DNA of 62,947 nucleotides, the filler included, from Octopus bimaculoides (lineage: Eukaryota), in NCBI RefSeq assembly GCF_001194135.2. It is 7 parts of 5 records of this genome, joined end to end, with 100 filler letters (N's around TTAATTAATTAA, not from the genome) between each part and the next. Parts side by side here need not be neighbours in the genome. Positions count along the whole stretch, not along the records: positions 12,258 to 32,124 come from NC_068983.1; positions 32,225 to 41,334 come from NC_068986.1; 5 more parts are not named here. The stretch is one strand, 5' to 3'. Position 1 is the stretch's first letter. Each line of letters begins with the position of its first letter. This document shows, piece by piece, positions 28,276 to 40,636 of the stretch. Under the pieces are notes generated by a model, which was given only the letters and a program-made list of their open reading frames with translations, made no database searches and had not been told where the DNA came from. The position numbers and the translations under genes were made by a program.

Positions 28276-28279
28276 TCCA

Positions 28280-28402
<123 letters not shown>

Positions 28403-29029
28403 GAGAGAGAGAGAGAGAGTGAGTGAGACAGACAGACAGATAGATAGGGAAATGTAATCAATTTCTCATATAAAGTATTATAATACACCAACAAACTTGT
28501 TTGTTATGCTCATGTCAGATATTTTGTACGTCCCTCACCACAGGGATTGTGTTCTAATCCCACTAGAGCAGGTGCAAAATCCTTCCAGCTCAGTAAATCC
28601 AATTGGAATTGAATGCTAAAGAACAAATTGCTCCCTGTTCTAGTCTTATGATCCTGTTATTTGACCCCTGCAAACCTTTTAGTTTTCAGTATGAAGTTCA
28701 AACCCTGTTATATTTAATGTAAATAGCTAATGTGATTTTACTAAGTTCTATCAGATGTCTTGTTTGGATACTGGAGCTGTACCAGGTGGAATCTTCTTGT
28801 TAGATGTTTTATTAATGTAACTCTATAAGGACCACGTGGTGACTATCTGTGGACATTTATTCACACATTGAATCAAATCATACACTGATGTATTTAGTTT
28901 CATTGATAATTGCAATTGACTTTGGGGAGGATAACCAATAACTTCTGGAATTCCTGTGAATTTCGTTTCATGTTTCTTTAAGATTGTGTTAGAGCAACAT
29001 GTGATTTTGTTTATTATTTTTTTTTTTTT

Positions 29030-29117
29030 AGAATGACATTGTAGGGTAGGTGTGAAAGACCAGATCCAGCCAGTTGAAATATTTTAGCTGGTTATGTCCA
29101 GTTTAAATGCTAAAGGG
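29030..29117. mobile_element. Partial family-1 TTAA MITE (one end only)
   Basis: Matches 50100-50207 and ends GCTAAAGGG|TTAA. Confidence 0.7.
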
Positions 29118-29534
29118 TTAAATATAGACTCACAGGTTAAATATTACNNNNNNNNNNACACACACACACAGTATGCAGTAGTAAACATGAACAGGGATAG
29201 CTGTGACAGTAAATAGAGGAAATGTTTATCTCTGATACAACTGTATTATATTTTGTAAATGAAAACTAAACAACCACATTGTAACATATCATACATATAT
29301 AAACAAACATGTCATTTTTTTTTACATTGTTTTCTTGTTTTTCTTTCTTCTCCTCCTCTTCTGTTCTCTTTCGTCCTTTCTCTCTCTCTCTCTCCTTTTC
29401 TCTGTCTTTGTCTCTCTGTCTGTCTCTCTCATCTATCATTTCATTGATTAGTCACCCTTGCATATGTATGTATGTATGTATGTATGTGTATCACCATGTG
29501 TGTGTGTATGTGTTTACATATCTCATTGTATATG

Positions 29535-29579
<45 letters not shown>

Positions 29580-29782
29580 GAGAGGGATATATATATATGG
29601 ATTTAAGTGGATGTGTTTGCATGTATCTTAAAACATCCATGTGTATGTGAATGTGTTTGTTCATCTATGTATGTAATATGTATGTGCTCCAGCATGACTG
29701 CAGTCAAATGACTGAAACAAGTAAAAGAATAAAAGACTACATATGCATGCAATGTGTATGTGTATGTATGTGTGTGCATATA

Positions 29783-29855
<73 letters not shown>

Positions 29856-30428
29856 TTATATGCATATATAGATACGTACACACACACACACACATGTATG
29901 TATATATGTACATATATACCTCTGTGTGCATATGTATATGCATATAAATGCATAGACACTCATATGCATTGGGCAACATACTCACACACACATAAGTGAG
30001 AAGAGGAAGGCTGTTTTGATTGGTTCCAGTAGCCAAAGTATGGCAGATATCAAGGAAAATGGCAACGGTTGACTTTTTGTCAGTCGTTAGAGTCGTTAAA
30101 GGTAGTCAAAGTGGTCAGTGTCTAATTAATGTTTAATATCAAGGTCCTCATTTGGGTGTCACACCTCTGTAGTTTAGCCACCATAAAGGTTTCCAGAAAG
30201 TTCTCTCGTCACATGTTAGCTGTTGTTTCGCTATATGTAATTATGTGTGTGTGTGTGTGTGTGTGTGTATGTTTTTGTATTGCTATATGTATATATGTAT
30301 GTACGTGTGTTTTGTGCTTGCATGTGTGTATGTTTGTGTATGTGTGTGTATCATCATCATTATCATCATCATTTAACGTCCGTTGTCCATACTGGCATGG
30401 GTGTGTGGATATATGTATATGTGTATTC

Positions 30429-30471
<43 letters not shown>

Positions 30472-30591
30472 TGTACATGTATATGTATGTTTGTATCTAT
30501 CTGCATCTGTATCTATGTGTATCTGTATGCATGTGTGCCTACACATATATGAATGTATGTATGTCTCTGTATGTATGTATGTTGCATGTTA

Positions 30592-30627
<36 letters not shown>

Positions 30628-31011
30628 CGTATATGGATGTATTTTTTATAATTATCTATGTATGTATATATTTGTACTGATGTGTATACTTATGTTTATA
30701 AGTTTGTGTAAGGGCTTCATTTTGAATCTTCCCCAAGAACTACATTAAGGGTACACATGTCTGTGGAGTGCTCAGTCACTTGCACATTAATTTCATGAGC
30801 AAGCTGTTCCATTGATCGGATCAACTGGAACCCTCGTCGTAACTGACGGAGTACCACTTTTTTTTTATTGCAGTTTAAAGAGTGTGTGTGAGATGTGTTT
30901 CGTTTTACGTTTATGTTTGTGTAAAAGTGTGTTTTTTACTGTAAATGTACATATGTATATCAATGTATATATATGTATATGTGTGTATGTGTGAGTATGT
31001 ATATGTGTTTG

Positions 31012-31044
<33 letters not shown>

Positions 31045-31861
31045 GTACGTGTGTATTTGAGTATAATTTTAGCTTAATGTAGTAATGTGTGTATGAAAGA
31101 GTGATTATATATTTATATATAATTTAGTTTCTGTCTGAATGTGTGTAGACGTGAATGTACGCACACAAATATGTCCATGTGTGTGTATGTGTGTGTGTTT
31201 GTGTGTGGTTTTTGTTCAATATAGTAATGTCTATAGGATAGACACACTACGCTTATGTATATAATTTAGTTCAGTCTACATGTGTGTGAATGTGTGCATT
31301 TAATGTGTGTGTGTTTTGGGGATTCTGGAAGTGTATCATTAATGGTGTCAGATGTCTCCACTAATTGTTGATATGAAAATTACCAAAGTTCTGTGAGGAT
31401 AATTTACCCAGCAATAATGAGTCTCCTTTATTCCTGCCCCATGCTTCACACCAGCCGCTAAAGATGTCCAAACTTGCTCGATTTTTCTGCCAGTGTGGCA
31501 ACTAATCACCCCATAAACTACCCTTATACAGACAGAAGAACGTCCCATACTCTATGCCATAACCCCAAACAGGTGCAGAATAGAATGGTAGAGCATTATA
31601 TCATATGTCTAAAGGTTTTCGGATCATATCCACTGCATGTGTTTTGTTTGTATACTTAATAATAATAATATGTGCTGTGGTTCATCGACTGACAAGAATC
31701 ATCATCATTGTTGTCATCGTTGTCATCATCATCCTTATCATCACCGTTGTCATCATCATCATTGTCATCACCTAATTCCACCAAGATTGACTTCACCTTT
31801 CATCCTTTTGGCGGTGTCGATAAATTAAGTACCGGTGGTATATATATATATATATATCTAT

Positions 31862-32124
31862 ATCTTTCGAGCGGGTTCGTTGCCAGTGCCCCTGGACTGG
31901 CTCATGTGCGGGCGACACATGAAATCTTCCGAGCGGGATCGTTGCCGGTGCCCCTAGGCTGGCTCTTCTGCGGGTGACACATGAGGTTTTTCGAGCGAGA
32001 TCGTTGCCAGTGCCCCTGGACTGGCTCTTGTGCTGGTGACACATGAAATTTCTTCGAGCGAGATCATTGCCGGTGCCCCTGAACTGGCTCTTGTGTGGGG
32101 TTCTGGGATTTTTCGAGTGGGATC
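31862..32124 (+). repeat. GC-rich minisatellite, about 62-bp unit, about 4.3 copies
   Basis: Unit approx. ttcgagcgRgatcgttgccRgtgcccctggactggctcttgtgcgggtgacacatgaaa; runs into a gap. Confidence 0.88.
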
Positions 32125-32224
32125 NNNNNNNNNNNNNNNNNNNNNNNNNNNNNNNNNNNNNNNNNNNNTTAATTAATTAANNNNNNNNNNNNNNNNNNNN
32201 NNNNNNNNNNNNNNNNNNNNNNNN

Positions 32225-32590
32225 CTTCGTAGTTAATCTGCCTTTGATATTGTTGTACCTCTTATGTGTCCATAGCTTGCACCAGGTACATCTTATAGAG
32301 TTACTACCTACTCCTTTTCTGTAGGGGTTTGTGTTTTATCTACCTTCCTACTTATTAGGATTTTGGTTTTTGCCAGGTTGACTCTAAGGCCCTTTGATTC
32401 TAGTCCTTGCTTCCACACCTGAAACTTCTCCTCTAGTTCTGATAGTGACTGCGCAATTAGTGCAAGGTCATCAGCATAGAGGAGCTCCCAGGGGTAACCT
32501 GTCTTGAATTCCTCTGTGATCGCCTGGAGGACTATGATAAATAGGAGGGGGCTGAGGACGGAACCTTGGTGGACCCCTACCTCTACCCGG
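32225..32590 (-). mobile_element. RTE-clade LINE RT fragment with downstream Cys-rich segment
   Basis: Near-identical to 12258-12430 and 53900-54237 (HQGSVLSPLLF, YADD, FQVWKQGLESKGLRVN); continues to RKGVGSNSIRCTWCKLWTHKR. Confidence 0.9.
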
Positions 32591-32654
32591 AATATGCATG
32601 TATATGTATATACACAAGTTTATATACATATATATATGTATTTATATGCGTGTG

Positions 32655-32698
<44 letters not shown>

Positions 32699-33841
32699 CA
32701 TATAGATATATATATGCATATGCATGATACACACATACACATGCGCACACGCACACACACACATGTATATCTTTTTCTCTCTAGCTCTATATATTTAATA
32801 AGTTATCACAAAATTCTTGCTTGTATATTCTTCCTCATCTTTTAAATTCCTTCTTAGTCTCTTCCATTTTGATCTTTTTGCATATACTTCATAGTTATTT
32901 GACAGTTAGTGGTAAGATATTTAAAACAGTAGCATGCTAGGCAAATATCTTATAGTATTTCATTTTGCTTCTTTATGATTTGTTTTCAAATTCTGGTGTT
33001 GTTAATTTTAACTTTTATGCTTTCACTGTTAATACAATAAGTCCAGACCTCTACTACATTGTAGAAGCATTGTGTTCATGAAAATCTTGCTGTGATGTGG
33101 AATTCTGTCATAGAAAATGTATTTTCTCATTGATTTCTATGTTTATTGACTTCTGTGTAACATGGAAATCTATGATAAAATGGGTTTCTCATTATGAAGC
33201 TCCATGTTACAGCAATATTTTCAGGAGCTCAACGCTTCCATAATCAAGAAGATGCTTCTAATGAATCATGTAATGGGATTGATTTGAGTGTCTTAACCCC
33301 TTTTCTAACATATCTGTGTGTTTGCACTAATGCTTGAAATATTAAATTGATGGTGATGATGATGCTGATGATGACGGTGGTGATGATAATCTGGAAGACA
33401 ACTCTAATACTGAATTCAGAGGCAGATACAATGAAGACTGGCACCATTATTATAAACAGCAGCATTTTTCAAAGTGAATCTGCATTACCAATTCTCTTTT
33501 ACATGACTCTCATTTCCCTAAGTAAGACATGACAGCAAAACATGTGACAGATCAATCAATCATCTCCTTTACATAGATGATCTAAAGTTTTTTGTGAAAG
33601 GTGATCGACAACTAGAATAATTAAGTGATGATATTGAAATGAAGTCTGGCTTTGATAAATGTGCTGAAGTCATATTCTTTAAAATAAAACATAGAAGTAG
33701 ACAACCAATACCCTAGCTGTGCCAACTGTAATCTACAACTTTAATATCATAAAATGGTTCATCAATGAGATAAGTAAAATTGACTCAAAAATATGCAAGT
33801 TTCTCCTAATGTTTGCCATGCATTATACAAGGGCAAGAATA

Positions 33842-34007
33842 GACTGACACTACTTTCCATAAAAAGATGGAGGATGTGAACTGGATGGGGAATATTCCTG
33901 CATGCTTACCCTGTTAAGGCAAGCAAATAGAAACAGAATGTCTTTAGAGACAGTTGTAAATGCATCAGTCCACATCCTCCATCCTTTTATGAAAAGTAGT
34001 GTCAGTC
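33842..34007. repeat. Inverted repeat, 42-bp arms
   Basis: 33842-33883 versus 33966-34007: 39 of 42 complementary. Confidence 0.9.
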
Positions 34008-34060
34008 CATACCACACTCACTCACTCACACGCACATACACACACAAACATATATACAGA

Positions 34061-34885
34061 GAGAGAGAGAGAGAGAGAATGACACAGGGAGAGTGGGACA
34101 CACACATACCCATTCTGCCTACATACACATACCAACACACACACACACATCCACACCCACCCATTCACTCACCTTTCAGACTGCCTCTCAAGCACCCTTC
34201 TATTGCCCCAACTACTACTGACCATCCCATCTATGCACGTGTGCAAAAACACACAACCACCCATACATACATCTATCATCATAGCTGCTGACCTCTCACT
34301 ATGACATTAACAGACACACACAGATCACTGACATAAACACATGTAGACAGTTAATACCACATGCACTACACACACACACACACTGTTACTGCTCCACACA
34401 CAGAGTATTACACACACACATTACTATACACACACACCCACACATACACACAGATACCAATCATTCTTCACACTCTCCTGCCTCAGAAAGCACTTTCACT
34501 TTGTCCATCTACTTCTGGTCATTCCAGAATGTAACTACCATGGGCTGTTGGCAACTTTTTTCCTCCTTCTTCCTTTTCTTTCAGACTTTCCTATGTCTCC
34601 TGTTTCTGAAGAAGAGCTTTGCTCAAAATGTAAAACAACCACCCTTCTTTCCTTCACTGAGCATCTTATCAATACTTTGCNNNNNNNNNNGAGAGAGAGA
34701 GAGAGAGAATGACACAGGGAGAGTGGGACACACACATACCCATTCTGCCTACATACACATACCAACACACACACACACATCCACACCCACCCATTCACTC
34801 ACCTTTCAGACTGCCTCTCAAGCACCCTTCTATTGCCCCAACTACTACTGACCATCCCATCTATGCACGTGTGCAAAAACACACA
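34061..34885. repeat. Exact direct duplication of about 195 bp across a 10-N gap
   Basis: 34061-34255 recurs at 34691-34885; the second copy is bounded by N on both sides. Confidence 0.85.
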
Positions 34886-36055
34886 NNNNNNNNNNNNNNN
34901 NNNNNNNNNNNNNNNNNNNNNNNNNNNNNNNNNNNNNNNNNNNNNNNNNNNNNNNNNNNNNNNNNNNNNNNNNNNNNNNNNNNNNNNNNNNNNNNNNNNN
35001 NNNNNNNNNNNNNNNNNNNNNNNNNNNNNNNNNNNNNNNNNNNNNNNNNNNNNNNNNNNNNNNNNNNNNNNNNNNNNNNNNNNNNNNNNNNNNNNNNNNN
35101 NNNNNNNNNNNNNNNNNNNNNNNNNNNNNNNNNNNNNNNNNNNNNNNNNNNNNNNNNNNNNNNNNNNNNNNNNNNNNNNNNNNNNNNNNNNNNNNNNNNN
35201 NNNNNNNNNNNNNNNNNNNNNNNNNNNNNNNNNNNNNNNNNNNNNNNNNNNNNNNNNNNNNNNNNNNNNNNNNNNNNNNNNNNNNNNNNNNNNNNNNNNN
35301 NNNNNNNNNNNNNNNNNNNNNNNNNNNNNNNNNNNNNNNNNNNNNNNNNNNNNNNNNNNNNNNNNNNNNNNNNNNNNNNNNNNNNNNNNNNNNNNNNNNN
35401 NNNNNNNNNNNNNNNNNNNNNNNNNNNNNNNNNNNNNNNNNNNNNNNNNNNNNNNNNNNNNNNNNNNNNNNNNNNNNNNNNNNNNNNNNNNNNNNNNNNN
35501 NNNNNNNNNNNNNNNNNNNNNNNNNNNNNNNNNNNNNNNNNNNNNNNNNNNNNNNNNNNNNNNNNNNNNNNNNNNNNNNNNNNNNNNNNNNNNNNNNNNN
35601 NNNNNNNNNNNNNNNNNNNNNNNNNNNNNNNNNNNNNNNNNNNNNNNNNNNNNNNNNNNNNNNNNNNNNNTGATGCTTACGTATATTTTGAGTTAAGATG
35701 ACATTGTGGTTTATAATTCTCGAAATTTTTCAATTTGATCACTTCCATACTTTTCTATGATCCTTGCCATGCTAAAGGCCTCAAGTCCCTTACTGCTATC
35801 TCTGTATCTCACTTTATCTCTTGTGTGTCGCCGTTGCTTCTTTGCGATGGGACCACCCATTCACACCTCCACTACCAATACCAGAAATCTTTCCTCTTAT
35901 ATCAGAAATTATGATAGGGTTCTGCCTCACTTCTGTAGCAGAAGACTTGCATACCCCTGTCCCTCCAACCCACCTACCTTTTTCTGTTTATATATAATGG
36001 ACTTACCTATAGCGACTCATTTACTTAACTTAAACATAGATCAATGATATTTGCA

Positions 36056-38040
36056 GCAGCAACGCTTGTATTTACAATGCTTACATTGCCCTCATCCCAC
36101 CTCACTATCGGGGCCACAATTTTTAATATGTTTGAATGATGGTAGGTTAAAGCAAGAGAACAACTGATGTGACATGTCTGTTATCAAAATGAACATGGAA
36201 ACCCTTTTTTCAGGTGCTGAATAACATCCTTCCCATGTTCCCTCCTACATCTCTTCCCAAGTTTTCAGAATTGGCACTATCAATGTAGGCACACTAAAAG
36301 GTAGGTCTAGCAAGATTGTTGAGATGCTTAAACAGAGGTGTGTTGATGCATGTTACTTCCTTGAGGTAACGTGGAGAGGAGCTTCAACCAGGTTCCTCAC
36401 AGGCAAGACACATAGGTATAAAATCTGGGAAGGTAACAGTAACAGGGCAGGTGGTATTGGCATACTTCTTGAAGAGAAATGGGTGGATAAGGTCATAGAG
36501 GTAGCCAGAAAGGGCGATAGGGTGCTTAAGCTTAGGCTAGTCTTACAGAACAGTATAGTGACAATTATCTCTGCCTATGCCTCCCCAAGCAGGCCTACCA
36601 AATGAACAGAAGGACCGCTTTTATGATACTCTTCTGCAGGCTACCTCAAAGACAAGTGACAATGATCTCCTCATTGTGGCTGGGGATTTCAATAAGCATG
36701 TCAGACAGCAGCCTGGTATCTTCCATGGTGTGCAGGGGCTATGATTTTGGTTCCCAAAACAAAGAGGGAACATGGCTACTTTTTGCAACATGAACTTCAG
36801 GAAGCTAGCCAGCCACCTGATAACCTATCAATCATGTGTCTGTGCTAGCCAGATCAAATACATTCTCACCAAATATTATTCCTTCCCATGTTCCCTCCCA
36901 CATCTCTTCCCCAGTTTTCAGAATTGGCACTATCAATGCAGGCACATTGAAAGGTAGGTCTAGCAAGATTGTTGAGAAGCTTAAATGCAGGTGTGTTGAT
37001 GTATGTTACTTCCTAGAGGTAAGGTGGAGAGGAGCTTCAACCAGGTTCCTCACAGACAAGACACATAGGTATAAAATGCATGGTTGCTCCTAAATTCAAA
37101 GATCCGCCCTGGTAAAGAATGTACTCCCCATCATAGACTAGTCATTAGTGACTTTAGACTCCAGTTCAGAAGGATGCCAAAAAGTGAACCAATCTGGAAA
37201 AGAAGGATTTGGAAGCTTAAGGACCCTTCATATGGTCAGAGATTTACAGACATCCGCATTGAGAGATTCGATGAAAGAGAGAAGCTACAGACTTGTGACA
37301 TAGAGAGAACCTGGGAATTCCTGTGGGACAGCTTGCTGAGTGTCACAGACCAAAACTGTGGCTAGTGCAAAGTCCCATCCAGACCTAGGGTAACGTGGTG
37401 GTGGAACCATGCAGTAGACAGGGCCATTAGAGCTAAGAAACAGGCCTGGAAGAATGAGAGTAGCAGAGTACTGTATCAGATTGCCTGACGAGATGCTAGG
37501 AGACAAGTATATATAGCCAAAGGAAAAGCAGAAAAGAAGGAGTTTGCCTATATTCAGCGTGGGACCAAAGAACTGAAGTGTTTCAGATTGTAAGACAGTG
37601 TGTGAGAGAAAATCATGACGTCATAAGAGAGAAATGAGTCCGTATGGATGATGGTGCACTTGCATTTTGATGCCTGTGTGCAAACAGCTATGCTGCATGA
37701 CAGTGAAATATGGGCTGTGACAGTGGAAGACATGTGAAGGCATGAAAGAAATGAAGCTAGTATGCTTCGCTGGATGTGCAATGTTAGTGCATGTGTTTGA
37801 CAGAGTGTAAGCATCTTGAGAGAAAAGTTAGGCATAAGAGGAGTCAGGTGTGGTGTGGTGTACAAGAGAGACGACTGTGCTGGTATGGTCATGTGATGTG
37901 TATGGACAAGGACAACTGTGTAAAGAAGTGCTGATTTCTAACTGTGGAGGAAACCTGTGGTAGAGGTAGACCTAGGAAGACATGGAATGAGGTAGTGAAG
38001 CATGATGTTTGAACTTTGGGCCTCACAGAGGTGACCGAGA
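36056..38040 (+). mobile_element. RTE LINE copy with 5' region, APE endonuclease and C-terminus but no RT domain
   Basis: IGTINVGTLKGRS, GVGILL-like GIGILLEEKWVDKV, TIISAYA, GDFN-like, HHRLVISDFRL, WWWN; then jumps at about 37675 to the C-terminal SETWAV-like (CVQTAMLHDSEIWAV) and GRPRKTW motifs. The 5' region matches 39545-39720. Confidence 0.85.
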
Positions 38041-38119
38041 CCTTTGGCGACGTACTGTGCTTGAAAGGACACATCAAGCCAAGTACACCCGTGCTGGTGG
38101 CATGTAAAGAACACCTTCC

Positions 38120-38270
38120 GAGCAGTGGGCCTCACAGACGCAAATTGGATGAGTTCCTTTCGAGCACTGGGCCTCGCGGAGGCAAAGTGGCAGAATTCCT
38201 CTTGAGTATTGGGCCTCTCAGAGGCAAAGTGTGTGAGTTCCTTTTTGAGTGTTGGACCTCACGGAGGCAA
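38120..38270 (+). repeat. About 43-bp tandem units derived from the RTE C-terminal coding sequence
   Basis: gagttcctttcgagcactgggcctcgcggaggcaaagtg repeated about 4 times; the same array occurs at 27595-27675. Confidence 0.72.
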
Positions 38271-38602
38271 TGACTGAGACCTTTGGCCTCATGTCGTGCT
38301 TGAGAAGAAGACCCATCAAGCTGAGCAAAATCGCAGTCATGGCAGATACCAGTGTCATGCAAATTGGCACCTGTGCCGGTGGCACGTAAAATCACCTCAG
38401 TTTCATGCAAATGGCACCCATGCTGGTGGCACGTAAAAGCACCTGTTACACTCTCAGAGTGATTGGTGTAAGGAAGGGTATTCAGCCATAGAAAACCATG
38501 CCAAATCAGACTGGGGTCTGGTGCAGCCTTCCAGCGTGCCAGCCTGGTCTAACCATCCAACCCATGCTAGCATGGACAATGGATGTTAAATGATGATGAT
38601 GA

Positions 38603-38606
<4 letters not shown>
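38260..38606 (+). mobile_element. RTE-3'UTR-derived short element
   Basis: Homologous to 27670-27960; ends atgttaaatgatgatgatgat. Confidence 0.75.
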
Positions 38607-38637
<31 letters not shown>

Positions 38638-38640
<3 letters not shown>

Positions 38641-38847
38641 CCGCAGAAAAAAAATTGCAGCAACTCCTGCTGATCCCTATATATTTATAATTACAAATGG
38701 TTTACCGATAAAGGTTTTTTTTACATACTGAACTACTTGGCAAAATTGTTAATTATTAATTTATTAATTAATTGGCAATTCTCTGCCCTATATCGATACT
38801 GATGGTCTTCTCCTGGATGGTTAAACTGCAATTTTTTTCTGCGGGAC
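38638..38847. mobile_element. TA-flanked MITE with about 24-bp TIRs
   Basis: TA|GTCCCGCAGAAAAAAAATTGCAG...CTGCAATTTTTTTCTGCGGGAC|TA, next to a (TA)n tract. Confidence 0.75.
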
Positions 38848-39544
38848 TATTTGTGATGCACATGGAATAATTTTGAGGAGGGATACGGAACTCACTAGTT
38901 GATATAAATTTGTAGATGCTGTTTTTCCTTATGTGATATTTGATGTCGCACGGTCAGATATACATGGATTTATTAGCATTCTCAAATTTATAATTTTGGA
39001 TATCATGCTGATAAGTGGAACGAATCTTTATATTCTAATCACGAAACGTCGTACATGATTAACTAACAGCAGGTTTGTTTTCGTTTATCTTCTCTTCGTT
39101 TTTGTTCTATGTGTGCCATAAATATCGCCATCCGTTGGAGAAAAAATCGTAGTTAGAATTAGTAGTTTTTTAACTGCTATTTCTAAATTTTCAGTATGTT
39201 GGTGAAGCAACTCTTGCTAATCCCCATATATCTATAATTATAAATGATTTAGCGATAAAGGTTTTTTTGCATACTGAACTACTTGGCAAAATTGTTANNN
39301 NNNNNNNNNNNNNNNNNNNNNNNNNNNNNNNNNNNNNNNNNNNNNNNNNNNNNNNNNNNNNNNNNNNNNNNNNNNNNNNNNNNNNNTATAATTCTCTTTC
39401 TGTTTTCCCTTACACCTTCTTTTGAAGAGCGTAGCCTCAAAACTTAAGAGACTTTTTCATTTTTCCTGAGCATCAAACTAATACACTTTTTTGTTGTTCA
39501 TACATCTGTCTTCATCTTTTATTTTTCTATAAATTTCAACTATA

Positions 39545-40630
39545 TGCGTGTGCAGTAATAAAGCTTCTATTTATAATGCTTGTGTGACATTCACTCCCAA
39601 TAGGGGCAACAATTTCAACATGATTGAATGATGGTAGATTAAAGCAAGAACAAATAATATGGCATGCCAGGTGGTATTCAGTTGCGGGGATGGTATTCAG
39701 GTGCTGAATACCATCTCTGCTTCCCCTGTTCCCTCCCACATCCCTTTCTGAGTTCTCAAACTTGGCACTGTCAATATAGACACATTGAAAGGTAGGTCTG
39801 ATGGGATTGTTGAGATCTTGATCAGAGGCATGTTGGTGTGTGTTGCATTCAACAGGTAAGGTGAAGGGAAGCTTCAACCATTTTCCTCACAGGCAAGACA
39901 CGTAAGTATAAAAACCTTCTGGGAAGGTAACAGTGATGGGGTAGATGGTGTGGGCATACTTCTTGCCAAGAAATGGGTAGGTAAGGTCATAGAGGTAGTC
40001 AGAGTGTTTTGCAGAATAGTATGGTGACAATTATCTCTTCCTACACCCTACCAAGCAAGTCTACCAGATGAACATTCTTCTACCAAATTCTTCTGCAGGC
40101 TACTTCAAAGATGAATGACAATGAGCTCCTCATTATGGCTGAGGATTTCAATGGGCATGTTTGGCAGCAGCCCGGAATCTTCAATGGGGTCATGGAGTTG
40201 GTTCCCAAAACGAAGAGGGGACAAAGCTACTAGAGTTGTGATGCAACCCCAACTTCAGGAAGCCAGCCAACTACCTGATAACCTAGCAATTGGGTGACCA
40301 CGCTAACCAGATTGATTAATCGATTACATTCTCACCAGACAGCAAGATACATGATTGCTCATAAATACAAAGACCTTCCTTGGTGAAGAAAGTACCCCCA
40401 CTCAGCATAGACTAGTCATTAGTAACTTTAGACTTCAAGTCAGAAAGATGCTAAGAAACTGACCAATCTGGAAAAGAAAGATTTGCAAGCTTAAGGACTC
40501 TTTATATGGTCAGGGATTTAGGAACACCCTGACAGAAATTTGATGAGAGGCAGGAGGAACTACAGACTTGTGAATAGAGGGCAACTGCAAATTCCTGCAG
40601 GAGAGCTTGCTGAGTGCTACAGACCAAATT
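39545..40630 (+). mobile_element. Second RTE LINE copy (5' region + APE domain), 3'-truncated
   Basis: Colinear homology with 36056-37355 and the same APE motifs, with many stops and frameshifts. Confidence 0.85.
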
Positions 40631-40636
40631 GTACAA

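Noticed and set aside
31862-32124. CRISPR-like array
   Set aside because: Whole units are repeated with no unique spacers, and the context is eukaryotic with no cas genes.
33244-33330. Possible terminal exon ALVQTHRYVRKGVKTLKSIPLHDSLEASS
   Set aside because: Weak acceptor and no similarity to the expected BtpA C-terminus or any family I recognise.
34691-34885. Exact duplicate of 34061-34255 as a real tandem duplication
   Set aside because: Identical and bounded by gaps on both sides; most likely a redundant contig or haplotype.
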